From: a virus
Lineage: Duplodnaviria > Caudoviricetes
Reading direction: 5' to 3' (one strand)
IMG/VR virus record: IMGVR_UViG_3300044726_000052
Coordinates: 1 to 28,405 of that record
DNA length: 28,405 nucleotides
The notes under the pieces are model-generated. The model ran no database searches. It was not told where the DNA came from and saw only the letters and a program-made list of their open reading frames with translations. Both the position numbers and the translations under genes were made by a program. Shown here in pieces: positions 15,653 to 24,536 of this stretch. How positions within the stretch are numbered: the stretch's first letter is position 1; each line of letters opens with the position of its first letter.

Positions 15653-17558
15653 CGACGACGTCATCGCCTACCCGCCCGACGTGTTGGACCGCGTGATGCG
15701 CGAGTTCATCGAGACGACCCAGTACGTCGGCACGGTGCAGCCATGGCGCGTCACGCCGGAGACGTACGACGACCCGGACGATGATGTGGCGGTCAAGTGG
15801 GACCCGGCGCAGCATCCTCGTGATGAGCAGGGTCGGTTCGCGGCGTACCACGGGTCCAATGTTTCGGACATCCAAGAGTTCAAAGCGGCCTATGGAGCCA
15901 TTCCCGGTTGGTTCTCTGGGCATCAGGACTTGGCGAGCGGGTATGCCGATCTCAAGACGCGCTTCTTGGGGGGCACGGCGACGGTCTACCCGGTGAAACT
16001 TTCCATTCAGAATCCCATCGAGATTGCCGGGGATATGAATGCGAAGACGACCTATCGGGAAGAACGAGAACGAACCGGGTTGGAGTTCACGGTCGGGAAG
16101 TATGGCGATGAAATCGTGGAGGGGGTCGAGCAGAAATACACCCGCTATGAAATTGTCACGTCCCCCGAGTTCGTCGCTGCCGCTAAAGCCAAGGGCTATG
16201 ACGGCATCAAGGTCAACGAGGGCGGGCATCCGACGTGGGGCGTGTTCGATTCCCAGCAAGTGGTCCACGCGGGGAAAGCGACCGTCCTGACAGAGGCTAC
16301 GCGCCGGAAGGCGCGAGATCAGGCCCGAGACGACGCCAAGAAGTGGCGGGCGGTGACGGCGAAATGGGACGAAACTCTCAAGAAATTCGACCCCAACCAG
16401 CCCCGCGATAAGAGTGGGAAATGGACGGACGGCCGGACGTTCACCAGTGAGGAAGGTTACGACTGGCACGAGAAGGGGCCGGGTATCGGCTGGGCCAAGA
16501 GCCTCCGCTATGCGGACATCAAGCAGTTGAGCAACTACTCCGGCTTCGGGTACCACGACGTGAACGACTTACGCCGAGGCACCTACAAGCAGCCGGTCAA
16601 GAACTACTTCGTCCGAGCCGCCACGCCCGAAGAAATGGCACGGGTCGGCTGGGATGTGGCCAACAACAAGTGGGTGCCGAGCATCAAAGTCAAGGAAGGG
16701 GAGTACAAGCCGGGGCATCCCATCGATCCTCGTGATCAGATGACGCCCGAACGTGAGGCTCAGTTTGGGCACCCCATGGGGAAAAGCAACCCCAGCGATT
16801 TCAATCCGGCTGATCCGTACCATCAGGTAGCCGACGGACGCATTGTCGTCAACCAATACTATCGCCCGGTCGAGGGCGGTCCGCCGATGATGTTCAGTAT
16901 CCAGCGGGCGGCCCCGGATGCGGAACGGCTGGCGCAAGTGCAAGGCGAAGCGGATGCGCTGGATGACCTGATTGCTCATCGCGGGCTGGTGTTGCCCGAG
17001 GACACGACGGTGCTGCGAGGGGCCTATCTGCCCGGCGTGACGGTGGAAGACCTGCAGGACATGGAACTCTACGGCAAGGTCTACGAGGAGAAGGGCTTCA
17101 CGTCCACGTTCCTCGGGGATGCCGAGGGCCGCGCCAGATCCTACCCCGCCCTTGGCAAGTGGGAAAGCATCCACCAGCGTTATAAGTCCAAAGGGAATCC
17201 GCTGATCGAGCATCAAGATGAAGTGGGGACGGCGATCCAGTTTCACATCACGCTCCCGGCCGGGACCAAGGTGGCGTCGGTTGAAGCGGCACGACGGATG
17301 AGTCATACGTTTCCCCCCAAACCGGATGGCAGTGGGCGGGATTACGCGGCCGAACCGACGATGGGCACCGAAGACCTGCAGAACAAGAAGACGCGCAGCG
17401 AGAGTGAAATTCTCCTCGGCAGTGGCGCACGGTTCAAGGTCACACGGGTGGAATTCGGCTACACGTACGAGACGGGGGACCCGCTGCTCAAGCCGGTGAA
17501 GGTCTACGAGGTCCATCTGGAATACATCGGCGGCGGGAGCAGCGAGGGCACGCGATGA
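15645..17558 (+). CDS. Polyvalent protein with two ADP-ribosyltransferase-like domains (ART-PolyVal-like and VIP2/Alt-like R-S-E)
   Basis: Domain 1: AYHGS..WFS..ASGYA..VYPVKL..NP..KGYDGI..VFDSQQV. Domain 2: YSGFGYHDVNDLRRG..VLRG..KGFTST..ITLPAGT..ESEILL..GARFKV. Tags at 15798 and 16386. Confidence 0.8.
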   Translation: MHNDDVIAYPPDVLDRVMREFIETTQYVGTVQPWRVTPETYDDPDDDVAVKWDPAQHPRDEQGRFAAYHGSNVSDIQEFKAAYGAIPGWFSGHQDLASGYADLKTRFLGGTATVYPVKLSIQNPIEIAGDMNAKTTYREERERTGLEFTVGKYGDEIVEGVEQKYTRYEIVTSPEFVAAAKAKGYDGIKVNEGGHPTWGVFDSQQVVHAGKATVLTEATRRKARDQARDDAKKWRAVTAKWDETLKKFDPNQPRDKSGKWTDGRTFTSEEGYDWHEKGPGIGWAKSLRYADIKQLSNYSGFGYHDVNDLRRGTYKQPVKNYFVRAATPEEMARVGWDVANNKWVPSIKVKEGEYKPGHPIDPRDQMTPEREAQFGHPMGKSNPSDFNPADPYHQVADGRIVVNQYYRPVEGGPPMMFSIQRAAPDAERLAQVQGEADALDDLIAHRGLVLPEDTTVLRGAYLPGVTVEDLQDMELYGKVYEEKGFTSTFLGDAEGRARSYPALGKWESIHQRYKSKGNPLIEHQDEVGTAIQFHITLPAGTKVASVEAARRMSHTFPPKPDGSGRDYAAEPTMGTEDLQNKKTRSESEILLGSGARFKVTRVEFGYTYETGDPLLKPVKVYEVHLEYIGGGSSEGTR

Positions 17559-18754
17559 AGACCGAGACGCGGCTCCCCGAAGGCGGCGACCGATTCGTGT
17601 GGGGGGCGGAGTTCGTGCCCGCCCAGAAGTGGGACGAGTCTCAGCACCCTCGTGACAAAGAAGGCCAGTTCACCGACGCCGGGACCACGCGCCAGCCGGG
17701 CGAAGACGTGGACGACATGGAAGGCGCGGGTCCCGAGCGCAAGAAGTGGTCGGACCTGAACGTCAAGGCCATGGAAGCCACGGAGGCGTTCTTTACGGCA
17801 AAGGACGCGCATCGTCCCCTGTTTACGCGGGTCGATGAGGCCATGTCTGCCTTAGTGGCGAAAAATCCTGACGCGACGGTCGGAGAGCTTGACGAGGCGG
17901 GCCGACTCGCCGTCCCGGAGTGGGAAGCATCGAAGGCCCGGCTCCAAGCTGCTCAGAAGGCGATGCTCGCGGCTGAAGAAGCGGTGCGGGAGCAGACGCC
18001 CCGCATGAAGACGGAGATTGTGACGAACCTCGCGGTGGCCGAAGCGAAGAAGATGGGGGTTCACCCGTGGTACCTCAACGTCGTGGACAAGGAGCCCCGC
18101 GAGTTCAAAGTGGGGGACAAGCAGTTCACCGAAGGGGGGCACTTTCAGCCGTGGGACGAGATGATTGAAATAAACGTGCGGAATCTCGACTATGGTGACG
18201 CGCCCGTCGTGCGGGGGATGGTGTCCCACGAACTCTCGCATTTCGTCTACCACCGGGTGAAGGCCATTGCCGATGCGGAATTCGAGAAATACAAGGCCAA
18301 GGCCATCGATCCGCACGATTCCGATCAATACACCCCGTGGCACACGGAACACTTTGAGCGGGACCCCGACCGGTTTGGGGCCTACCGTGCGAAGGCGTCG
18401 TCTCAGGCGATGCTGGCGGCGGAGTTTCCCGCCTCGATGGCGTTGTCGATCATGTCGGGCGGCCCTCAGTACCTGTTCAAGGGCATCTCCCGCGAGATGG
18501 TCAATGAGAACGGTCACAGTGCCTATGCGAAGTCCTACTGGTCGAAGGACGCGATTGCGGCGAAGCATAGTTACGAATCGGCCATCAATGAGACCATCGC
18601 GGAGGTGACGCGCTATCTGCATCACCCCCGGTCGTGGCATGAAGACCACCCGGTGAATCTGGACTCGCCGTGGGTGAAGCTGACCAGCGCCATGCACAGC
18701 TACTACCGGCAGCGGCAGGCCCGCATTGACGCGGCGAAGTTGGCCAACCGATGA
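17555..18754 (+). CDS. Tagged zincin-like metallopeptidase protein
   Basis: HELSH (HExxH) at 18227, then SAYAKSY and NETIAE. Tag at 17630 and ATGA overlap. Confidence 0.75.
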   Translation: MKTETRLPEGGDRFVWGAEFVPAQKWDESQHPRDKEGQFTDAGTTRQPGEDVDDMEGAGPERKKWSDLNVKAMEATEAFFTAKDAHRPLFTRVDEAMSALVAKNPDATVGELDEAGRLAVPEWEASKARLQAAQKAMLAAEEAVREQTPRMKTEIVTNLAVAEAKKMGVHPWYLNVVDKEPREFKVGDKQFTEGGHFQPWDEMIEINVRNLDYGDAPVVRGMVSHELSHFVYHRVKAIADAEFEKYKAKAIDPHDSDQYTPWHTEHFERDPDRFGAYRAKASSQAMLAAEFPASMALSIMSGGPQYLFKGISREMVNENGHSAYAKSYWSKDAIAAKHSYESAINETIAEVTRYLHHPRSWHEDHPVNLDSPWVKLTSAMHSYYRQRQARIDAAKLANR

Positions 18755-19752
18755 TCCCGCAGCCCTTCACCCTCGACGGCCGGTCCGGCACCATCGTCTA
18801 CATGGACGCCCACTGGCAGCCCGTCCCGCCCGAGCAGGCGACGATGGCCAAGGCGGTCTTTGATGACGGTGCGGTGGCGTTCTACTTCGCGGAGAGTGAC
18901 GCCAAGAAACGGGAGTACGTCCGTGAACCGGCGGGCAGCCCCGAAGGGGGACGGTTTGCGGAGACCGCTGATGGCCTGCCCCTGAATGCCAACGGGCAAG
19001 TGGCCGAGGCCAACGGCCAGTGGAATCGGTCCGCCTCCGGTGAGAAGCCCTACCATTGGCAGAGTCGCCACGACGACCCGACCTACGTCGTCCCGAAGGT
19101 GTATCACACCGTCGTCCGGGACGGTGGCACATGGGGGTATTCGCATGGCAACAGCCAAGCGATTACCGGATCGTCCGCGTCCAAGATGAACATCCCCGGT
19201 TACCGGGATACGGCCGATGAAAACGACAATTCGCGGGCCATGGAGATTGCCGACCGGTTCTTGACGAACATCGCGGCCGACGACATGGGGTCCGAAGAAG
19301 TGCTGCATCATGCGTTCGAAAATACGCGGCACACGGTGTTCAAGGTCGGGGATACGCTCCGCCTGCCGCTGATGGCGGCGTCGGGGGATATTGGGGGGTC
19401 GTACGCCATCCGATCCTACGCGGAGACCCAGCGGGGCGAGCCCGTGGTCTTTGAGTTCGAACCCGGCACTCAGATGTCCGCCTATAGCACGGTGACTTTA
19501 CGGGACGCCAAAGACCTCGACCACCCGACGGTCGAAGCCGCCATCAAAGAACGCGGCTATCTCTGGGACGAAGCCATTGTGGCGGGGGGCTTTGAAGTGG
19601 TCAGCGTCACCACGAAATACATGGGGTCGCAGCATTCCGATAAGCCTGAGTTGTCGGGAGCGGACGTGACCTCGCAGATTTACGGCAAGGTCGTGCGCTT
19701 GCGGCAACGCGAGACGTTCTCTCCGTCGAAGGGCTGGGTGCCGCGTGGCTGA
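18751..19752 (+). CDS. Small N-terminal domain, tag and divergent ART-fold-like domain
   Basis: ATGA overlap and variant tag at 18916. VLHHAF..VGDTLRLPLMAAS..YA..VVFEF..DEAIVAGGFEVVSV follows ART element order, but the catalytic motifs are degenerate. Confidence 0.6.
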   Translation: MIPQPFTLDGRSGTIVYMDAHWQPVPPEQATMAKAVFDDGAVAFYFAESDAKKREYVREPAGSPEGGRFAETADGLPLNANGQVAEANGQWNRSASGEKPYHWQSRHDDPTYVVPKVYHTVVRDGGTWGYSHGNSQAITGSSASKMNIPGYRDTADENDNSRAMEIADRFLTNIAADDMGSEEVLHHAFENTRHTVFKVGDTLRLPLMAASGDIGGSYAIRSYAETQRGEPVVFEFEPGTQMSAYSTVTLRDAKDLDHPTVEAAIKERGYLWDEAIVAGGFEVVSVTTKYMGSQHSDKPELSGADVTSQIYGKVVRLRQRETFSPSKGWVPRG

Positions 19753-22700
19753 TCTGACGTTAGCAGTCGCTCAGTCGCATCAAGAGGCTCCCCATCAGAC
19801 GGGACACTCTCGAAAAGCCCCGCCCCCGCCGGGACTAGGCGGCCTCACTCGGAAGTTTGATGCCGTGCTCCATCCTCGTGGCGAGGACGGCCGGTTCGTG
19901 GAGGCCAGCCAGCCGCGCATCTTCAATCGGCCCGAGGAAGTGGGTTCTTATGAGAGTTGGGGCGGAGGGAAACGCTGGGGGTGGAAAGACCCCCAAACAG
20001 GAGAGACGACCGGCCGCCTCCTGACCGGTGAGCCCATCGCCCCGGAGAACGTCCCCAAGACCCTGTACCACGTCACCACGGCGGCCACGGCGGTGGAGTC
20101 CTCCGGCGTCCTGCTGGGGCTCCTAGAGGACGGTGGGCTGGGGGGCGGGCAAGCGCCGGGGGTGTCCTTCACGGCGGACCCTCAAGACGCCGTGGTCATC
20201 CAGCGAGAACTCCGTCGGGCGGTGCAGATTGCCCGAGGCGACCTGACCATTGAGGATTTGGCCCAGTTCGCCCGCGAGGACGAACGGGAAGCCGGGTTGT
20301 CCGAGGGGGCGTTGAAACCAGCGTTGGACTATGGTCGAGGTCAGTGGGACGGCAACGAGTTCATTTTGCGAGGGCAATATGTACCGGGGAAAGGGCATGA
20401 CCCTGATACGCCCCACACCCCTCAAGAACTGGAACGGGTGCGTCGAAGCCTGTTGAAGGATGCGTTCAGCGCCTACTTGCAAACCCGTGAAGAAGCGGCG
20501 GCTAAAGCGTTGGGCCAGAAAGAATGGCCGTATTCGGTGCCCATGCTCAAGAACCCCCTCATCCTCGGACGGCAAGAGCATCTCGCCAAGCTCACACCCG
20601 AGGACATCCAGACGTTGACGGTCGAGTCTGCCCAGATTCCCGCAGGCGCACTGGTCACCACCGGCTCCGATAAGTTCCTGCACGAAGTGCGGGTCTATGC
20701 CGACGTGCCCCGGCCCAAGCGGTTGCACTCAATTGCCAAGAAAGATTTTGACGAATCCTTGCACCCGCGAGAACCCGCCGGGTCAGGCGATATTAGCGGA
20801 CAGTTCACGGGATCAGGCCACACCGGAGCCGCGATGCCGGACCCGGTGCTGGCGGGCCACGCCAAAGCCGGTATCGCTAAGGTCGAGACGCTCCTGCCGC
20901 AAGCCATCGAAGACGCTGACTACACCGGCACGGCGAAATCATGGAGTGCCGTTGACAGTGGCGTGCAGAACGAAGTGCGGCAAGAGTGGGAAAACGAACA
21001 ATACGAGGACGGCGTCGATGTCGATACCTCGTATCTGGACGAGGAGACCAAAAAGGAAGTCCAGAAAGACAATCAGGCGCTTCTCGATCAGGCGGTCGAG
21101 GTCACGGTTCGCAACCTACAGAATGTCAAACCCTTCAAAGATACCGACCCGACGCTGCCGATGCGGCCCCCCGAGGAGTGGTTGGAAGAAGCCTTCACGC
21201 CGAAGGAATTCGAACTCCATCGTACGCTGGACCCGGACACCATCGACTACGGCGAAGGCGAGCACGAAGACGGACCGCATCAGGTCGCGTTGGACTTGGA
21301 CGCGCTGCGATTCACGTCGGGCGAGCCGCTGACCCCGGATGAACAGAAGATGGTCCGGGACCAGTGGGACGCGGCTTACAAAGATGCGTATGAGACGGCG
21401 CTGGAAAAGGCGTTTGAGTCCAACAGCTACTCTGAGCAGCGGAACGAACTAGAGCAGCAACAGGTGTCGGACGCATGGGACAATTTGTCTGACGAGGAAA
21501 AACTCGATTACATGCGGTCAAAAGGTAAGTCTGTGGGGCTGGACACGGGGGAACCCGACACATGGGTGACCGGCGTCGAGACGGGGGCGAAGGAGAACGA
21601 GGATTACGCTCGCACCCATGCCATCGCCCTGAAGCTCACGGAACTCCGCACCGACGAACTGCGGAAAGAGCGTGGGCTGCTCGATGCGGGGCCAGTTCCC
21701 ACCTACGAGATTCGCACGCGGCAGCTTGAGTCTCGGTCTGGATTCGTGGGCGACGACCCCAATAAGGTCGTGACGTCCACGTACTACACGGCGGTGACTG
21801 AGACCGGGCGGGTGATTGCCGAGGGCTACACGGAGCAGAGCGTCAAGAACCAAGCTGATTCGTGGGCGTCTCGCCAATCGACGGAGTCTTCTCGGGTCGG
21901 GACGCCGGAGATGATCGAAGACCTCTGGCGGCAGTGGAAGCTCTCATCGAGCGAAGGCATAGCCCTCTCCATGCAATTGGCCGCCGCGCAGGAATTTGGT
22001 GGGCTACACCGGTTGACGCCGGACGAACTCAAGACGGCTCTCGACGCGGCCGATGAAGTCGGCGGCATGGAGAACATCAAAGCCTACGTCCGCGCCCAAT
22101 GGGAAGTCACCCAGATGGTCATGGCCAAGGCCGGGGAAACCAAGGTCGAGGTCTACCGTGGGCTGATGTTGGAAGGGGATCGGATTGATCGCACGCCGAA
22201 CGTGAAGGTGGATAGCTCTACCGGAGAGTCTGTCAAACGCTCCTTGCCCACCAACATTTCAGTGCAACAACGCGAGGGTGTCTTTACGGTGACGTTCGAA
22301 TACGCTGGCCAGATTTTGCATGTGGAGAAGAAACCCAAGGCCCCCAAGGTTCCGTACAGCAGCATCGTGGATCTTCCCAAAGAGGGCACCCCTACGGAGT
22401 GGGAAGATGACGCGACGGCGGTCCAGCGGCGGATTGAGTACTACCATCGCACGAGTGGCAAAGAGTTGATCAAGCTCCCAGAGTTGATGTTGCGCCGAGC
22501 GGGTGCTCAGTCCACGACGGGCACGGCGTCGGTCGCCAACAATTGGAACGGCGTGGGAGAACTGCCTCCAAACCCGGTCCGCGTAGTCCTCCGCATCGAG
22601 GCTCCGGCGACGTCGGTCCTGTCCCTCCCGGTGTATGGACAGAACGACCAGTCGGAGCACGAGTCGGTCCTCATCGGCACCAAGGACCGCTGGCTCTGGG

Positions 22701-24361
22701 ATGCGTGGCGGAAACAGGCCCCGCTAATCAAGACCATTCCCATCAGCACGACGGTCCGCAAGGCGGAAACAGGGCCGTTGGTCATCGACCTGCAGGACGA
22801 AGACCGGGGCAAGCCGCACTGGATGTCCAGTGTGAACTGGTCCACGGTGCAAGCAGTTGCCAAGACCTACCTTGACGTATTAAAATGGGAGGAAAGTGAG
22901 CACCCCCGTGAACCCCAAGGCTCCGCCATCGGCGGACAATTTACCTCGGCAGCCTCGCAACCTGACGCCGGAGCAGGAGGAGGCCGAGGAAGCGCCGTAT
23001 CGCCGTCGGCCGCCGTCAAAGGACGCCCCGACGCCGTCCCCGCCGCCCAAGCCATAGCCGACTCGTACAACGCCCGACAGGGCCTGCCGCCCGTCCAGCA
23101 CGGCTACGTGGCCGTGGACGAGCCCCGAGCAGGCACCATCGCGGACGCCTACGACGCCCTCCCCGAGCATGACGAGGACAACCCCGCCGTGCAGGCGGCC
23201 TACGAGGCGCTGGCGACGGAGATCCAAGCCCAGTGGGACCACATCATCGCCAGCGGCGTGGAGATGGTCCCGTGGACCAAGGAGGGCCAGCCGTATGCCA
23301 CCTCCAAAGAGATGGCGGACGATGTCCGCGTCAACAAGCGGCTCTACTTCTTCACGGGGGGCACTCCGAACCGGTTCATGGCGAAGGCCGATGCCAACGG
23401 CCTGACCATCAACGACAAGTTCCGAGCCGTGCATGACTTCTTCGGCCATGCCGCCGGGGGCTACGGGTTTGGCGCTCGCGGCGAGGAGAACGCATGGGTG
23501 TCGCATTCCCAGATGCTCTCCCCGCAAGCACGTCGAGCCCTGACCACGGAGACCCGAGGGCAGAACTCGTGGGTCAACTTCGGGCGGCAGAACTACCACC
23601 CGGACGGGACCTACAAGAACATCCCGCCGGGCGACCGGCCGTTTGCCACCCAGAAGGCGGCCCTACTCCCGGACATCTACGCGCTGCTGCCGGGGGAACG
23701 GGCGCTCAAGTGGGACGAGTCCCAGCATCCGCGAGATGAGGTGGGGCAGTTCACCCGCGTGGCGATGACCAGCCAGCGGCCCGAGGACGACCCGGAGCAC
23801 AAAGAGAACAAAGAGGTGTTCAAGCACATGCGGGCCTTTGAACAGGGGCTGAAGGCCCTGCCGGGCGTCTCCCGTGTCTCCGTCAAGCCCGGCGTCGGCG
23901 GCTGGAACGGGGGATCGGAGTCCATGTGGCAGATTTACTACCGAGGGAACGGCGAAGCCCGGAAGCTCGTGGCCCGGACGGCGAAGCAGTACAACCAAGA
24001 TTCGGTGCTGGTCCTGAACAAATGTGAAAAAGGGGCAGACTGCCAGCCCGCAGTTGAGTTATTCTTTAAGGGGGGCATTTCGCCCCAGACGCGGGAGCAT
24101 ATTCACGCGACGTTGCTCGCGCACGGGATTACCGGCTGGACGTGGATGAAGCGGGACGGCAAGTCGCTGCTCCGCATGGTCAACGTGCCACCGTGGTCTA
24201 CGTGGGGCGCGGACGGCGTGAAGCACCAGCAGGCCACGGCGACCATCAGCCGGGAACTGCACGAGTACGGCATCGACAATTTTCGGAAGGTCCACAAGGT
24301 GGGCGTCTCGATTATGGAACGCGAAGGAGCGCACAGCTATGACGCCATCATCGGCAGATAA
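19745..24361 (+). CDS. 1538-aa polyvalent protein: His-type ART-like domain, acidic domain plus R-S-E ART-like domain, HDxxGH domain and SAM-lyase-like domain
   Basis: Four tags (19856, 20747, 22886, 23711) each precede a module. Motifs in order: LYHVT..GVSFT..HEVRVY; VYRG..QSTT..EHESVLIG; FRAVHDFFGH..GEENAW..ETRGQNSW; GGW..SE..AKQYNQDSVL. Confidence 0.8.
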   Translation: MADLTLAVAQSHQEAPHQTGHSRKAPPPPGLGGLTRKFDAVLHPRGEDGRFVEASQPRIFNRPEEVGSYESWGGGKRWGWKDPQTGETTGRLLTGEPIAPENVPKTLYHVTTAATAVESSGVLLGLLEDGGLGGGQAPGVSFTADPQDAVVIQRELRRAVQIARGDLTIEDLAQFAREDEREAGLSEGALKPALDYGRGQWDGNEFILRGQYVPGKGHDPDTPHTPQELERVRRSLLKDAFSAYLQTREEAAAKALGQKEWPYSVPMLKNPLILGRQEHLAKLTPEDIQTLTVESAQIPAGALVTTGSDKFLHEVRVYADVPRPKRLHSIAKKDFDESLHPREPAGSGDISGQFTGSGHTGAAMPDPVLAGHAKAGIAKVETLLPQAIEDADYTGTAKSWSAVDSGVQNEVRQEWENEQYEDGVDVDTSYLDEETKKEVQKDNQALLDQAVEVTVRNLQNVKPFKDTDPTLPMRPPEEWLEEAFTPKEFELHRTLDPDTIDYGEGEHEDGPHQVALDLDALRFTSGEPLTPDEQKMVRDQWDAAYKDAYETALEKAFESNSYSEQRNELEQQQVSDAWDNLSDEEKLDYMRSKGKSVGLDTGEPDTWVTGVETGAKENEDYARTHAIALKLTELRTDELRKERGLLDAGPVPTYEIRTRQLESRSGFVGDDPNKVVTSTYYTAVTETGRVIAEGYTEQSVKNQADSWASRQSTESSRVGTPEMIEDLWRQWKLSSSEGIALSMQLAAAQEFGGLHRLTPDELKTALDAADEVGGMENIKAYVRAQWEVTQMVMAKAGETKVEVYRGLMLEGDRIDRTPNVKVDSSTGESVKRSLPTNISVQQREGVFTVTFEYAGQILHVEKKPKAPKVPYSSIVDLPKEGTPTEWEDDATAVQRRIEYYHRTSGKELIKLPELMLRRAGAQSTTGTASVANNWNGVGELPPNPVRVVLRIEAPATSVLSLPVYGQNDQSEHESVLIGTKDRWLWDAWRKQAPLIKTIPISTTVRKAETGPLVIDLQDEDRGKPHWMSSVNWSTVQAVAKTYLDVLKWEESEHPREPQGSAIGGQFTSAASQPDAGAGGGRGSAVSPSAAVKGRPDAVPAAQAIADSYNARQGLPPVQHGYVAVDEPRAGTIADAYDALPEHDEDNPAVQAAYEALATEIQAQWDHIIASGVEMVPWTKEGQPYATSKEMADDVRVNKRLYFFTGGTPNRFMAKADANGLTINDKFRAVHDFFGHAAGGYGFGARGEENAWVSHSQMLSPQARRALTTETRGQNSWVNFGRQNYHPDGTYKNIPPGDRPFATQKAALLPDIYALLPGERALKWDESQHPRDEVGQFTRVAMTSQRPEDDPEHKENKEVFKHMRAFEQGLKALPGVSRVSVKPGVGGWNGGSESMWQIYYRGNGEARKLVARTAKQYNQDSVLVLNKCEKGADCQPAVELFFKGGISPQTREHIHATLLAHGITGWTWMKRDGKSLLRMVNVPPWSTWGADGVKHQQATATISRELHEYGIDNFRKVHKVGVSIMEREGAHSYDAIIGR

Positions 24362-24530
24362 CGACGAGCAACGACGACAAGCCTTTCGGGACCATCTGGC
24401 GCAGGAACGAGCGTCAGGGGAGCCCATTGATACGTCGTGGACGGATGACTTGCCGTCCGACCGGCTCCCCGAATACGAGGATGAGACGTCGGTGACGTTC
24501 ATCCAGAAGACTCCGCCCCCGGAGTCGTAG
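24339..24530 (+). CDS. Small acidic hypothetical protein (63 aa), candidate partner of the upstream domain
   Basis: AAGGAG precedes ATG 24339. Overlaps the end of the upstream gene and fills the gap to 24537. Confidence 0.55.
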   Translation: MTPSSADNDEQRRQAFRDHLAQERASGEPIDTSWTDDLPSDRLPEYEDETSVTFIQKTPPPES

Positions 24531-24536
24531 GGCCCC

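Noticed and set aside
15640-19760. Programmed frameshifts or assembly errors joining the cargo ORFs into one giant protein
   Set aside because: The junctions are ordinary stop/start overlaps (ATGA or 8 nt) at domain ends, with no evident slippery sequence. This cannot be fully excluded without reads.
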